A stretch of DNA of 64,000 nt from Chara braunii. Its lineage: Eukaryota > Plantae > Charophyceae. The notes under the pieces were generated by a model, which did not search any database, was not told the DNA's origin, and was given only the letters and a program-made list of their open reading frames with translations. Position 1 is the stretch's first letter, and every line of letters begins with the position of its first letter. Both the position numbers and the translations under genes were made by a program. Shown piece after piece: positions 51,225 through 64,000 of the stretch. The stretch is from positions 6,078,144-6,142,143 of the forward strand of contig BFEA01000010.1 in the NCBI GenBank assembly GCA_003427395.1, given 5' to 3'.

Positions 51225-51448
51225 CAGGCAAACTGCCGCACATATTCCGCGGCATCCTCTCTGTAGAAAACTTTTGCCACTTTCAAGTTCTTCCTGTACT
51301 CGAGCGCCTGCTGATAATTCCTCTCATTCCGAGCGGACATCGGCCTGCTTTCAAACTCACGGACTGTCATCTCAATTTCCTGCAAGTTCCTGTCCGATTC
51401 ATCAAGGTGGGAGATTGCCAACATCTGATTCTGCAGATACAAATTAGC
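51225..51448 (-). CDS. RKP: RKP/KPC1 (RNF123-like) E3 ubiquitin ligase, internal exon (ANLYLQNQML...EYVRQFA-W)
   Basis: AG at 51449-50 and GT at 51223-24. 224 bp, ending in phase 2 (TG), which joins the G of the next exon to give W. Resembles the plant RKP segment 'ASYYMSHQSQSISLLEETD...DCVRHCAW' as recalled. Confidence 0.85.
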
Positions 51449-51569
51449 CTGCACGATAGCGACCAGAATAAATCAAAACATTAGCAGTGTGAACCAGAAC
51501 GCAATCAAGGTCGCTTGACAGAGGGCTAGTAAAGAACACCAGGGATGCAATATTCCACAAAGAACCACG

Positions 51570-52886
51570 ATAATTCTGTTCAGCTGGGCAAAGACAGCTT
51601 GCCACCCAAAGGAAAAAAAAAATCACTACTGTGATGACCCGTCCAAACATGGACTGAAACACACGACTGATTTCTGAGTTTTGCCCATAGACTGAATGCC
51701 TTGCTGAGTTTCCCACCTGCTACTAAGTCTGTGTCTGCACGCTTGCTGGACTGCATATCTGTCTGAGTGCTGATTGGCTTAAGTGTGTGTGTGGTCGTGC
51801 CTGTCTGAGTGCTGGTTGGCTTGAGTGCCTGTGTGGCCCGCAAGGGCACTTGCTCGTCCATTGGGCCCTCAGGGCCGGTACTTACCTGTGGCCGAGACAT
51901 TGAGGGATTGCAGCAGGAAAAACACCAGAGTAGCGGGTAGGCCGGTACCACACCCTGAAGAGGTAGATGTGCGGGTACTGGAGGCCGAGCAGAAGAAGAC
52001 AAAAGTGGCATTTTTAGAGGCCCAGTAATTGTAGGTTAGGGCTAGGCGGATGCCAGTCCAACCAGTCTGGGTCTAGGGCCTGTACGGGCAATATCAGAAT
52101 CTGCAATGATGTTTCCCTCCGAAAGGGAGGAGGTACCAGTTGCTTGGGAGGCCGAGCGGCCTGGAAGTCACAGCCCAAAGAGGCAAGCAGGCCACTATAT
52201 CTTCCAGCCGGGCGAAGAGCCCGGCCTCTTTCTCGGTGTGCAAGTTTGGTGACACACTGGTTGGAGCGCCGGTTGGAGCAGCGCTATCCAGGAGCAGCGC
52301 TGCTGGGGGAAGGAGAAGGACACGGAGGAGGAAGGACAGGAAGGGGGAGGAGCACCAGGGGTACTTACCTGGCTATGGTGGCAGCCATCTTCATCACCTT
52401 GGTGGGCGCTGCAGCAGGGAGTCCCCAACTGGGGAGAGCCACACCAAGAAGCTTCAAGGCAGAGTTGGGCATAGCGGCCCGAGTGAAGCAGCCATAGTTG
52501 CTTTGGGTTGTCCTTTGGGCATCTGGGCAAGGCCTAGTAGTCCGCCATAGCCTCGGCCTATGATGAGGAAGGGAGGAGGAGGAGGCCATGGCTATGGCGG
52601 ACCTCAGGTGGTGCCGGCAGTGGAAGAGGAACTCGGACATTGATTCTGGATCAGCCATTCAACATTGTATTATTATTTCTTGTATGAATAAGAGAAGGGG
52701 GAGATAAGGAGGAGAAGATTGTTGGGCGAAGAAGAAGAGCCTGGTCATTTGTCTATGCTGGTGTACACCATCTTCTTCTTCTTCTAATCCTCTCTCTCCT
52801 CTCAAGTTCATTCATTTCTTTCTGCAATTGGGAGGCATTGTACTATCTGATGGATGTGTATCTCGAAATTGGCAAGGATGATAACA
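51570..52886 (+). mobile_element. Intact solo LTR of family A
   Basis: TGTGATGACC...GATAACA with TSD CTAC on both sides. Confidence 0.92.
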
Positions 52887-53062
52887 CTACTGCTATAGAG
52901 CTCGTATAGGCTCGCCATGCTCAGAGAATGCCACAGCGACACCCGCACAAAGAACCAGGACCACCCAATCACAACAAACATATACATCAATCATGACGTA
53001 AATAATGACGATTACGGAGCACTCTTGCTATAACTGTCCCTATCGCCTTGCTCCTTGACCGA

Positions 53063-53142
53063 CTAACTTTCCGCGGCCGTTTGGCTATGTTCAAGTGTAG
53101 TATCTGTTCAGATCAGTTATCTGATCCGTCGTCCATCGGACC
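53063..53142 (+). pseudogene. U2: U2 snRNA 5' fragment (~80 nt) with A-rich tail
   Basis: cggccgtttggct...tcaagtgtagtatctgttc, stems IIa and IIb present, no Sm site. Confidence 0.8.
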
Positions 53143-53327
53143 AATTTAAAAAACAAAATTAAAAACAACAAAACACTAACCTTTCCTGTTTCCACCCTAG
53201 GGATACACACTCAAAGGAAAGGAGAACCACCAAAACCACTATCAGTAGCACAGATCAAACTCGTCGGAAATGGTCTGTTTTCCATTAATTCTATTACGAT
53301 AGAAATATGTGGGGATCTCAGTTGTGT

Positions 53328-53382
<55 letters not shown>

Positions 53383-54726
53383 GTTCACAGGTGGTTGAGT
53401 GGAGGTGAGCTCCCCACATACGAGTGCAAAATTGTGCAAATGGAAATGGAGGCACATCCCAAAACATGTCAAGGACTCAAAAGTGAATGCAGACGAGGAG
53501 TCCATTCGCTGCCCATCTTCCTGTACTACTACTGAAAGGTCGGGTATAGATTGAAACTTTCGGCCTTTTCATGAGGTACGCGCCAAATTCACCCACAAAA
53601 TATGCTCTCTCATTCCATGCGGGAGCAGCATCCGGTATAAATGAAAATTCAAATGTCTACACAGGTCATACCCAGTACAACCAAAAACTCTCGGACATAT
53701 TTTCTTTCCTAAAACAGTACACTTGGCAAAATGCAGATGGGGTACCAAAACTTGCCATCAATTCCCGCACTCGCCTAATAGAAAATACTGTGTTCCAACA
53801 ATACAGGCCTCCAAATGGGAATGACCTGACTTCACCCACTGGCTAGTGTATGCTGTGACACTTATCTACTGATTACAGGAGATGAGGGGGGGGGGGGGGG
53901 AACATGAAGAAGATGAAGGAAAGATGCAGAAAAGAGGGCACTGCCCCTGTAACCCTCCAAATTGAGGCTCTCCACGCATGAGGAGCTGGGGGAAATTTCT
54001 CCAGTGAATCCATCCAGAAAAGCAGAGATCTGCCCGCATAGCAAAAGATGTGCCAGGCAGCCATGGAAAACGGGATCAAGACTAGCAAAAAGCTAAAGGG
54101 CTGAAAAAGCAAATACCACCAGTATGCTCTTCAATGCAATAACTGGTCAACATCTTGTTCCTGGGGGCAAAGAAGGCAGGAGGAACCTCACAAAGCCCCT
54201 ATGGGCACAGGTGCCGTAAAGTTAATCATCACCTGTACAAAAAACATTTTCGAAGGCACAGAGATGAAAGCAAAGAAAAACAGACGTGGGAAAGCAATGT
54301 TGGGAAACTGAATTTTAACGGTGAGCGCATTTGGCAAGGCTCTTTGAAATAGAACAAGTCCATACAAAAGCAAGCCCTTCAACTTCATCCACACAAACAC
54401 AAACTCTCATACCGTTCCTCCAACATGGAGGCAGAAAGGACCACCTCTGCGCTTATGCATCCAGACACTGACCGCTTATGATGGACTCAAGTGGTATATT
54501 TGTTTGGCCATCCACCTTTCTAGCCGTCATTCCGTAACTTCTTGTTTACACGCCATGCCATCATCAATCAGGACATCAGAAGCCGACAGGTGGCGCCATT
54601 GAAGCACACGGGAAAATGGAGAACTATATGTATATATCTATATGTCGTCAAATAGAACTGCCCGGTAAACCGTAGGCAGAGAGGGAGAAGAGGTATATAT
54701 ATGGGGAAATGGAAAAATATATATAC

Positions 54727-54787
54727 ATACCTTTCTCGGCACTTTGGCTAAGCAAGATCAAGTGTAGTATCTGTTATGATCAGTATC
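54727..54787 (+). pseudogene. U2: U2 snRNA 5' fragment (~60 nt) with A-rich tail
   Basis: ATACCTTTCTCGGC-ACTTTGGCTAAG[CAAG]ATCAAGTGTAGTATCTGTT matches the plant-type U2 5' end. Confidence 0.85.
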
Positions 54788-55329
54788 AAACTCGAAAAAA
54801 ATGAAGAGCAAAAAAAAGAGAAATACTTGGGTTAGGCCGACGTCCAGCCTAGACAGACCAGGCCAGACGGACCGGGGGGGTCCGTCCGGCAAAACCAGAC
54901 GAGCCAAAAAACATCCCAGGAATTTTTTATTTTTTTTTTAAGATGCGGTTGGAGTGCGCTCACTGAACCCGAATCCACAGTCAAACTTGTAAAAGTCATG
55001 TGTGTGTGNCCATAGTGCCGTGGAAGTAGAGGATGCAAGGACCACCAGCGAGGGAAAAAAGAAAGTTCAAATATCGGAAGAAGAAGAAGAACGAGAAGAA
55101 GGAGAAGAAGAATTACAAGGAGAAGAGGGTGGAGGGGAGGTGGAGGGGGGGATTTTGGAGGTCACTGTAGCGGGTGTAGCGGAGGTACTTGCAACTTTTC
55201 CTTTTCCTTTTTCTTCTGCCGTTTTGCCCCTCCTCCGTCCAGACCCGCCACTCCCCCCTCCAATGTCGCTGTCACCACCCGCCATAGTGCCGTGGAAGTA
55301 GAGGACGCAAGGACCACCAGCGAGGGAAA

Positions 55330-56263
55330 TGCAATCAGACTCGCTTCTTTTCACACTTCACATGCATGTAAACAGGTTGCGCAGCAAACTGGCGACAAGC
55401 ACCCACTCAAAACTCAGAGATGTGGTAACCAGGAACACAGTTCAGATACAATCTCACTTCAGATGGCGATGGCGCATCAGCGCCTGTACAAATCTCTGTT
55501 CGTCACTCACTCAACGCTGCTGTTCACACACAGGATCACCCTGGATATCCCACACGCATCACACTGTACACTCACGCACTCACACATGCTACACTCTTCT
55601 ATCACCTATGGCGGCTATGGCCGCTGCTACCCCTATCACTATGGCTAAGCTCTCCTTCTCGCCCACTTCGTCTTCGGGCTCACTGCAGATCACCTCGCAT
55701 AAGTCGCTGTGGCAGCGCTTCCGCATGGCTTATGCGGGAATGAATGAATAGCCAGGCGCTGCCTCTTGATTTATACTTCTGTAACTCATTGGTCTGCCCC
55801 TTTCCTATGCCCGTGGTGCACACAGTCCCATACGGTACTTGCTTAACTGGACTAGGACTGACTCAGCAAGGGTGGATTTCACCACTTGCCCACTTGCCTC
55901 AGTGTAAACGTGAGCCAGCTCCGAAAGGCCACTTCCAGACCTTCTGGAAGTCCGCAGGCTTGGCCTTTCGGTACTGTAGCAGCTACAACCTTGACCTTTC
56001 AGGACATTAGCAGCTACGACTTCGACCCTTCGGAGGAGCTACAGTTACGACTCCTAGGACCTGCTAAGACCTACAAACAACAGGTTTCCAGCTCCAACCC
56101 CTACAACCTACAGACCTACGACAGCCTACCAACTGCTGCGAATACACAGGTCACGGGTTCAACTCTCGGGGTCGACACAGATACTGTACACAGGTAAGGT
56201 GAGGACTAGGGATCGAGCCCTGGAATCTGCATCCACAACTGCGAACAGGTGAATACCATTTCA
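55330..56263 (-). repeat. 3' LTR of element D
   Basis: Direct repeat of 62562-63514, TG...CA. Confidence 0.9.
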
Positions 56264-56301
56264 CTCCCGCCGGCCTAAATTCGAGGTCCTCTGAGAATAA
56301 C

Positions 56302-58790
56302 TCAATCCAAGGCAGGACCTTTACCTGTCCTATCTCTCTTGTAGGCTCTGACTACGTCGGGAGCTGTTTCTAGGAGTTCTGTCCTAGTAAACCAGCGGTC
56401 ATCCTCTGGTTCCTGATAAGCAAACCGGACCTTATATTGTTTCTGTGGACGACCTCTACCTCCTGTTCTAAACACATCTTCACCTACAATGCCGTCAATG
56501 TCGTACCTTCCGTAAATGTCTGGAGGGATCATGGATCTTCTAGATAGAAACTGTTGGCTTATGAGACACGGCAACAACTTCAATGCATGAAACACAGGGT
56601 AGGTGTGGAGGTGTGCTGGGATCTCTACTGTGTAGGACGGCCCATTCTCTCCGCCCATGACTTCTAAAACCGGCCATGGTCCACTGTACGCTGGCAGTAA
56701 ATGTCTGCGAGATGTTCTCATCAGAAGCCTACTTGGACTCTTTGGACTTGACCCAGACTAAGTCGCCTACTTGGAACTGCGATGGGCGACGATGCTTGTT
56801 GGCTTGCTCTATCATTCTATGTCGGGCCTTCCTGAGGTTTTCAACGACTGTAGCTAGTTCTTTCTCGTGCTGTATCGCAAACTCCCTGGTACCGGGCGGT
56901 AGCCTGTGAATCTGGTCCCGGTTGAGTCCCTCAAACCATCTGCGCGGTCTGAAGGACTTGTGCAACTCGTTGGGAGTGCGACAGGTGGACAAGTGCACGC
57001 TGTTGTTGTGCGCACTGGCAGTAGGGCAACATCTCATCCCAATTGACTTGATCTGGTCTAATGTCATACGGGCCAAATACACTTTGAAGTGCCTCCCAAG
57101 AAGGTAATGCTTCCAGTGCTCTAAGGCCTGACTGAGAGCGTCGAGTTCTCTCTCCTAAGTCGAGGTAGCTACTTTTTCTCAAGACATCCTCGCTGACATG
57201 AACTCTACAAGTTTGTAGCCATTGTCGTCATCTTGCTGTAACACGGCGCCTATACCAACCTGACTCGCGTCCGTGGTGACGACAAATGGCAAGGACGGAT
57301 CTGCTGCTTCGAGGAAAGGATATTTTATTAATGCGCGCTTTAACTTCTTTAGCGCAAACGTACAGTCTTTGTCCCACTGCCAGATTGCCTCTTTCTTGAG
57401 CAACCTGTGAAGGGGGGCGGCGATAGTCGAGAAGTTCCTCACGAACTTGCTAAGGTAGTTAGCTAGGCCTAGGAACGACCGCATTTCAATCAACGTGCGG
57501 GGCGTCGGCCAATCTCTAATCACCACTATTTTGCTGTCCTCAAGTTTAATGCCATCTTCGTCTAAGACGTGGCCCAAGTACAAGACTTGTGTCTTGGCCC
57601 ACTCGCACTTCTTCGCATTGATCTCGAAGTTAGCCTCTCTTAGCTTCTCCAAGACCTGCCTCAAATGCCCTTGATGCTCTTGGAGGGTCCTACTGAATAC
57701 TAATATATCATCTAGATAAACTACAACAAATCTATCTAACCATGGCCTAAACAAACCGTTCATACAGCGCTGGAACGTGGCAGGCGCATTGGTTAGTCCA
57801 AAGAGCATCCACTATGAACTCATAATGCCCATATCTAGTCCGGAACGCAGTCTTGTACTGGTCATCAGGATGGACCTCTATCTGATGATATTTGGACTTC
57901 AAATCGACCTTCGAAAAATATCTGCAGCCCTGCACTCGATCTAAAACATCGTCTATCCTGGGCAGTGGCTCAGCGTTCTTTACTGTGATCGCATTTTGAC
58001 CCCTGTAGTCTATACACATCTGTAACTCTCCTTCCTTTTTGGGGACAAACAAAACTGGTGTTCCAATAGGAGATGAACTGGGCCTGGTCCAACCCTTTTC
58101 GAGGAGCTCGTCTAACTGCTTTCGCAGCTCCTCTAACTCCCTTGGGGACATCCTGTGGACTGCTCCCTTAGGAGTCCTACTGCCAAGCTCTATCTCTATA
58201 CGATGTTGGATTGGCCGCGGAACTACTCCTGTTGGCGGCTCTGCTAAATCTTCAAACTCTTCTAGCAGCGTGGCAATGGTTGGATCTATGGGTGTGTCTT
58301 CTTTAGGCTTAGTGACAGGCCTTACATAAGCTACGAAGACTTGCTCCTCTAATTGCTCCTTTCTCACTAATCGCACGGACGCGGGAGCACTGAGACAACA
58401 ATGTGCCAAGGAGTTATCTACTCCAAACACATGAAACAGGCGGGCAGTCTTAACCTCGCCTGATGGACTAGGGAGCCTACACTCATGCTCTCTCAGGTGA
58501 AGTGTGGCCCCTGCTGCCTCTCCCCAATCCACACCTGGGACTATATCCAAAGGAAGGTCATCCTGTACGAGGAGAGTCAGGGAATGGAGAACTCTCTCCA
58601 CCTTCCCATCTTTCTCTAGGCGTAAATACGCTTGGACTCCCTCTACGTAGTCCTCAACACACATGGTGCGGTTGTCTGCGAGGACACTAACTATGAGGTC
58701 TTCCAATTTTTGGACTTTCAACCCAGCTTCTTCATCGCTCTACGACTAATAAAACTGTGAGTGGCCCCTGAGTCTATAAGCGCTCCAGCT
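56302..58790 (-). pseudogene. Gypsy pol of element D (PR, RT, partial RH, IN C-terminus, chromodomain)
   Basis: ALIDSGATHSFI (~58750-85), KVDLKSKYHQI, VYLDDILVFS, TTDASQVGIGAVL, GPW, YDIDGIVG...YKVRF...RWF. Confidence 0.92.
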
Positions 58791-61700
58791 CAACTTCTAA
58801 AAACCTCTACATCAACTAAGACTAGCTGTCCCTTACTATCCTTCTTCATTTTGGCCAGGCTGGCATCCTTTCTTTCAATTCTTATGCCACGCCTACGAGG
58901 GAAGTGCCTAGAGAGACACTAACACAAGCAGTCTCTGGACAGCTAGCTTGGCATTGGCCTGCAATCTCTGCCATAGGCTCACGTGGTGTGGGAGTTTCCT
59001 GGTGGTGCGCGCAGAGTTCCCCACATGGCCTTGTGGTAGGGGCAGTTGCGACCCCTACTGGCCGCTGCCTTTTGACCCCTGGGCAGCGAATCGGTCTTCC
59101 TTATACTTTGGACAATATTTGATAACATGGACAGGGTCACCGCAGTAGATGCACTGCCCCTGCTCCATACGATGTTGCCACACACGCTGGTCCAAGCCCA
59201 AGTCTTCCCAAGGCCGGCCCTGTGGCCAACCTGGGTGCCAACCTCCTTGCCTTTGAGGTGACCTTCCACCTCTGCGCTACGGTGATAGACTGGGTCCTGA
59301 GCGATTGAGCGGGGGACCTTGACCCCTACCTCCCACTTGACGGTTCCTTTGAAAGCAAACCCCCTGTGCACCCGAACCTCGACCACCCACTACCCGGCCC
59401 CCTTGGCCCTACCCTCCTCTACCTTACAGCCTCCCTCCAGCCGCAACGGCAGCGTATGTCCTCCCCTAACTTACATCGCTGTCCTCCTCCTCTAACCCCC
59501 ACTCGATCTGACTGTAGGGGACTTCGTCCGTACGACTCTCATCCAAAGTAAGGATCAGGTGATCCTTGGCCCTGACCTGACCTGAGATAATACGTCCCTT
59601 CCACTTCTTTCCTTTGTCTAAGTCCTTATGCTAGAAAGTGGAAACCGGCACGGACTTCGCCTCAAACAGGACCACTTCCCTACTTAACGCATCATACGTA
59701 ATATTGGCCTATTGGGTCTTATCGAAGAAATGCCCTTAAAGGGGCTTTGGCATGGCATGATAGAATAAGTTAACCAACTGGGTCCCAGTGATCCCGTGGT
59801 CTGGGATGGCTACAAGGTCATCCATCACTGCTTTGAGTGCTCTTGCACTCTTCCCCTGCCTAGAGTGGATGGTTCGCAGCTTGTCAGAGGCCTTGACGCT
59901 AAATGTGACGTCAGCGAACCTCTCTCGCAGGAGTTTAAGGAACGTAGAAAGAGTTGTGAGCCTAGAGTACACAACCATATTGTGCTCACAATCGGCTGAG
60001 CGCGCAAGGGACCTGGCAAAGCTGGCCACGTCATCTTTCAGTGCATGGAAGGCCACGAAGACCTGTTCCTCGGGAGCGATATGCTGTAAATACACGTGTT
60101 GATGCTGGCCTCCCAGTTATCAAAATTATCGTCCTTTTTCCAGCTATACGAGTCAGGAAATTTGAGCTTGACGGGTTCTTTGCGGGGCGCATTTCGGCCT
60201 CCGTCGTGGCCACTACCTTGGCGCATGCGCAGAAACTTCTTTACGCATTCCTTCAACCTCTTGACTTCGGTCCCGACATGGGTCGCCACGTCGCGCGCAA
60301 AATCTCAAAATCCACTCCGAATGGCATGAAGGGTCACCCCTTGGCCCTTATTGGCCTGATGCTGTTCAAGCCATGCCTGACTCAAAACCTCAAGATACCC
60401 TAGAATCTTCTCTAATACCGCGGGGGTCTCCTCTTGTGCTTGCACCTCCTGCCTGCATGCCTGGACCTTCTGCACTTCCCTGGCCACCCGGTTGGCCTCC
60501 TCCCTCCTCCTCTTCTTCTCCCTGGCCAGCCGCAACTTCCACTCCAACCGCTCCTCATCTTCCAACGTCTGGCGGTCCAACGGGTCCTCCATAGTTGTCG
60601 GTTGCCTGGCTAGCACTTCCTTCTCCTCCTGAGGCATGTATAACATCGCCTCTTCATCTTCTCCCAGCGATAAGTTAGCCACGCACTCACTAATCTTCTT
60701 CTCCATCCACCTATCCTCCTCTTTCATGCCGCTGCTTTCTCCTCTTTCTCCCCCACGCCTCCTTTCGAGGGGTTCTTCCTCTACCACTTCCTCCTCTGCT
60801 GCTGCTGCTTCGGCTGCCTTTCTTTTCTCTTCCTCCTCCTGCTGCAATCTTAACATCTCCTTCTCCAACTTTTTGTTCTTTGGCGCCTGCTCCTCAGCTA
60901 TCTCCTTCAGCTTCGCTTGTTTGAGCTCCTATATCTCCTTCCTCTCTCTCAAAATGGCGGCGATTCATGCCTGTTTGGTTCCTGATTGTGGGGCAGTACT
61001 CTTACCACTACGTGTGTCACCCATGGTGTCAGGTGCACAACCGAACAACGGTTCCACTCCTTACCACTTAGACACTACCCCCTGACCGACACAACCTGCT
61101 AACTCAATCTAAGGACTACAGAATCCGGACAGGATGCTGTCAACTACGGTCACTACCCTCGACCTAAACTATGGCTGTCACTACAGGACCTGTTGCTGAT
61201 CAAGAGGCATTTAAGGAGATCCCCCCTAACTCCGCAGGAATTCTTTAACATCGCAGACAGGACGACGTGATCAGCGGGTCCTCTCAAGAGTCTCAAGACT
61301 TAGACGGCCTGTTGTGCAGCCCACAACTCGGATTTTGGGCCTGCCGTGCCACACCGAGCAGCCCGCCGATCAGTATCGGTCCTTGGGAGGGTTCGTGTCC
61401 TCCGGGACAGTCGAGTCGTCAGACACAGTGTTTAGCCCTACTCAGCCCGTGTGGGTTTGGTCAACAAGGCCCTATCCTTCATTCACAGAGTCCTATCACC
61501 TGGACAGAAGAGACTCGATGCAAAAAGAAGAGACGGACAGACTTGACCTAGCAAGTACCATAGGGTGTGTGCACATCCATAGGGCGAGAGGATAGGCTGA
61601 AGGCTTGGCGAGATTATACCGACGTCAGCTTGGTCAAAATCGTGGTCAACAATCCTTGTCAACGCCTTGGTCAACACTTGGTCAACACTTGGTCAACGCT

Positions 61701-61995
61701 GCAGTACCCCCGATCAACTCCCGATCAACCGGTCAACTCCGGTTCGGCTACAACGGCCGGCTTCCCTTTCGTCGCCACCCTTCTCCTTCCCTTTCATGCC
61801 TCGCTGCCTTCTTCACCCCGTCTATCTTCTGTTTTCGTCACTCATTTCTTCTTCCTCCGCTTCACTTCTGTCCTCGGTCTCTCCTTCCGTCCTCCCTTTC
61901 ACCTCCTTCGTTACTCTGTGACAGCGCTCTGCGGCTATGGCCACCTTCTTCTTCTTCGTTGGGCGGCACAACAATCTTCACAGGTACGTGACAAC

Positions 61996-62051
<56 letters not shown>

Positions 62052-62270
62052 TAGCGATGTCTTCAACGCAAGTACGTGGTGAACCAATCTTGTACCGCTC
62101 GTCTATCTCTGTCCCTTCTTCTTCCTCCGCTTCACTTCTCTCCTCGGTCTCTCCTTCCGTCCTCCCTTTCACCTCCTTCGTTACTCTGTGACGGTGCTCC
62201 GCAACTATGGCCTTCTTCTTCTTCTTCGTTGGGCGGCACAACGATCTTCACAGGTACGTGACAACCAATC

Positions 62271-62307
<37 letters not shown>

Positions 62308-62561
62308 TTCGTAGCGATGTCTTCAACGCAAATACGTGGTGAACCAATCTTGTACAGCTCGTCTCTCTCTCACTCTCTCCCCCCCTCTCTCTCTCTCTCT
62401 TCGTCGTTGTCTTCCTTGCAGGTGCGCGCGCCGGCTTCCTCCCCCTACAGATCTGCTATGGCGGACTTCTACTCACATGGCGGTTTTGGCTATGGCGCAC
62501 GACCCCCCCTGCGGCACACGACGATCGCGCATGGAATAGCGGGTGCCATCTCCGATACCAA

Positions 62562-63514
62562 TGCTATCAGGCTCGCTTCTTTTCACACTTCACATACATA
62601 TAAACACGTTGCACAGCAAACTGGCAACAAGCACCCACTCAAAACTCAGAGATATGGTAACCAAGAACACACTTCAGATACGATCTCACTTCAAATGGCT
62701 ATGGCGCATCAGCGCCTGTACAAATCTTTGTTCGTCACTCACTCAAAGTTGTTGTTCACACACAGGATGACCCTCGATATCCCACACACATCACAACTGT
62801 ACACTCACGCACTCACACACACTACACTCTCCTATCAGCTATTGCAGCTATGGTCGTTGCTACCCCTATCGCTATGGCTTAGCTCTCCTTCTCGTCCACT
62901 TCGTTTTCGGGCTCACTGCAGACCACCTCGCACAAGTCGTTGTGGCAGCGCTTCCGCATGGCTTACGCAGGAACGAATGAATAGCTGGGCGCTGCCTCTT
63001 GATTTATACTTTTGTAACTCGTTGGTCTGCCCCTTTCCCATGCCCGTGGTGCACACAGTCCCACGTGGTACTTGCTGGACTTGACTAGGACTGACTAGGA
63101 CTGCTACCGCTGACTCAGCAATGGTGGACTTCACCACTTGCCCACTTGCCTCTGTCTAAACGTGAGCCAGCTCTGAAAGGCCACTTCTGGACCTTCCGGA
63201 AGTCCGCAGACTTGGCCTTTTGGTACTGTAGCAGATACGACCTTGACCTTTCAGGACGTTAGCAGCTACGACTTCGACCCTTCGGAGGAGCTACTGCTAC
63301 GACTCTTAGGACCTGCTAAGACCTACAAACAACAGGTCTACAGCTCGAACCCCTACAACCTACAGACCTACGACAGCCTACCAACTGCTGCGAATACACA
63401 TGTCACAAATGAACTCTCAAGGTCGACACAAATACTGTACACAGGTAAGGTGAGGACTAGGGATCAAGCCCTGGGATCATCATCCGCTACTGCAAACAGG
63501 TGAATACCATTTCA
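62562..63514 (-). repeat. 5' LTR of element D
   Basis: Followed on the minus strand by a tRNA-Met-type PBS. Confidence 0.9.
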
Positions 63515-63751
63515 GAAAAAAGAAAGTTGAAATATAGGAAGAAGAAAAACGAGAAGAAGAACAAGAAGGATTACAAGGAGAAGAAGAAGAACAAGACTTA
63601 GGGAGGAGGAGAAAGGAGGAGGAGGGGGAGGCAAGAAGAAGACGAAGGGAGGCGGAGGAGGAGAGAGAGGAGGTGGAGGAGGAGGAGGACTTGCCAATTT
63701 TGAGTTGCGTTGAGGGAAAAAAAAAAAGAAAAAAAAGATGACGAGGAGGAG

Positions 63752-63782
<31 letters not shown>

Positions 63783-64000
63783 CAAGAAGAGAGAGACAGA
63801 GAGAGAGAGAGAAATAGAGAGAGAGAGAGAGAAGGAGAGAGAGAGAAGTCTTGGCACGTGGCAGTTGTATGCACACTGCTTCTGCCACGTGGCACTTCGC
63901 CTACTAAAGAAAACCAATGAAATAGAGAGGACGAGAAAGGAGGACGAGGAGGAGAGAAGAAGACGAAGGGAGTGGGAGGAGGAGGAGGAGAGAAAAAGAC

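Larger units (their letters stand above)
55330..63514 (-). mobile_element. Full-length degenerate chromovirus-like Gypsy element D (integrase core deleted)
   Basis: LTRs 62562-63514 and 55330-56263, TSD GAAA, PBS TGGTATCGGAG (62550-60), gag ~59500-61020, pol 56302-58790. Confidence 0.92.

Overview
Eukaryotic, transposon-saturated genomic DNA. The TE protein style and intron sizes suggest a charophyte alga such as Chara; this is an inference. The whole window lies inside one minus-strand host gene, an RKP/KPC1 (RNF123-type) E3 ubiquitin ligase, of which five phase-compatible GT-AG exons are visible (51225-51448, 31030-31168, 8420-8602, 5528-5716, 5091-5231). Introns of 20-22 kb are filled with nested chromodomain Ty3/Gypsy elements, solo LTRs and a decayed hAT transposon. 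Unusual items: (1) a 7,045-bp insertion (19291-26335) with TGTCA...TGACA ends and a 4-bp TSD, carrying a structured RNA region and TATA-associated orphan ORFs but no recognisable TE enzyme, possibly a giant gene-bearing solo LTR; (2) a ~1.7-1.9-kb non-coding, apparently Pol III-transcribed giant SINE-like element with an A/B-box head folded into a four-way junction, no internal TTTT, a terminal T-run and an A-rich tail, present twice at the same 14-bp site inside an LTR; (3) two 3'-truncated U2 snRNA copies antisense in a host intron; (4) a Gypsy copy whose left end is an inverted LTR terminus; (5) a Nextera adapter assembly artefact.
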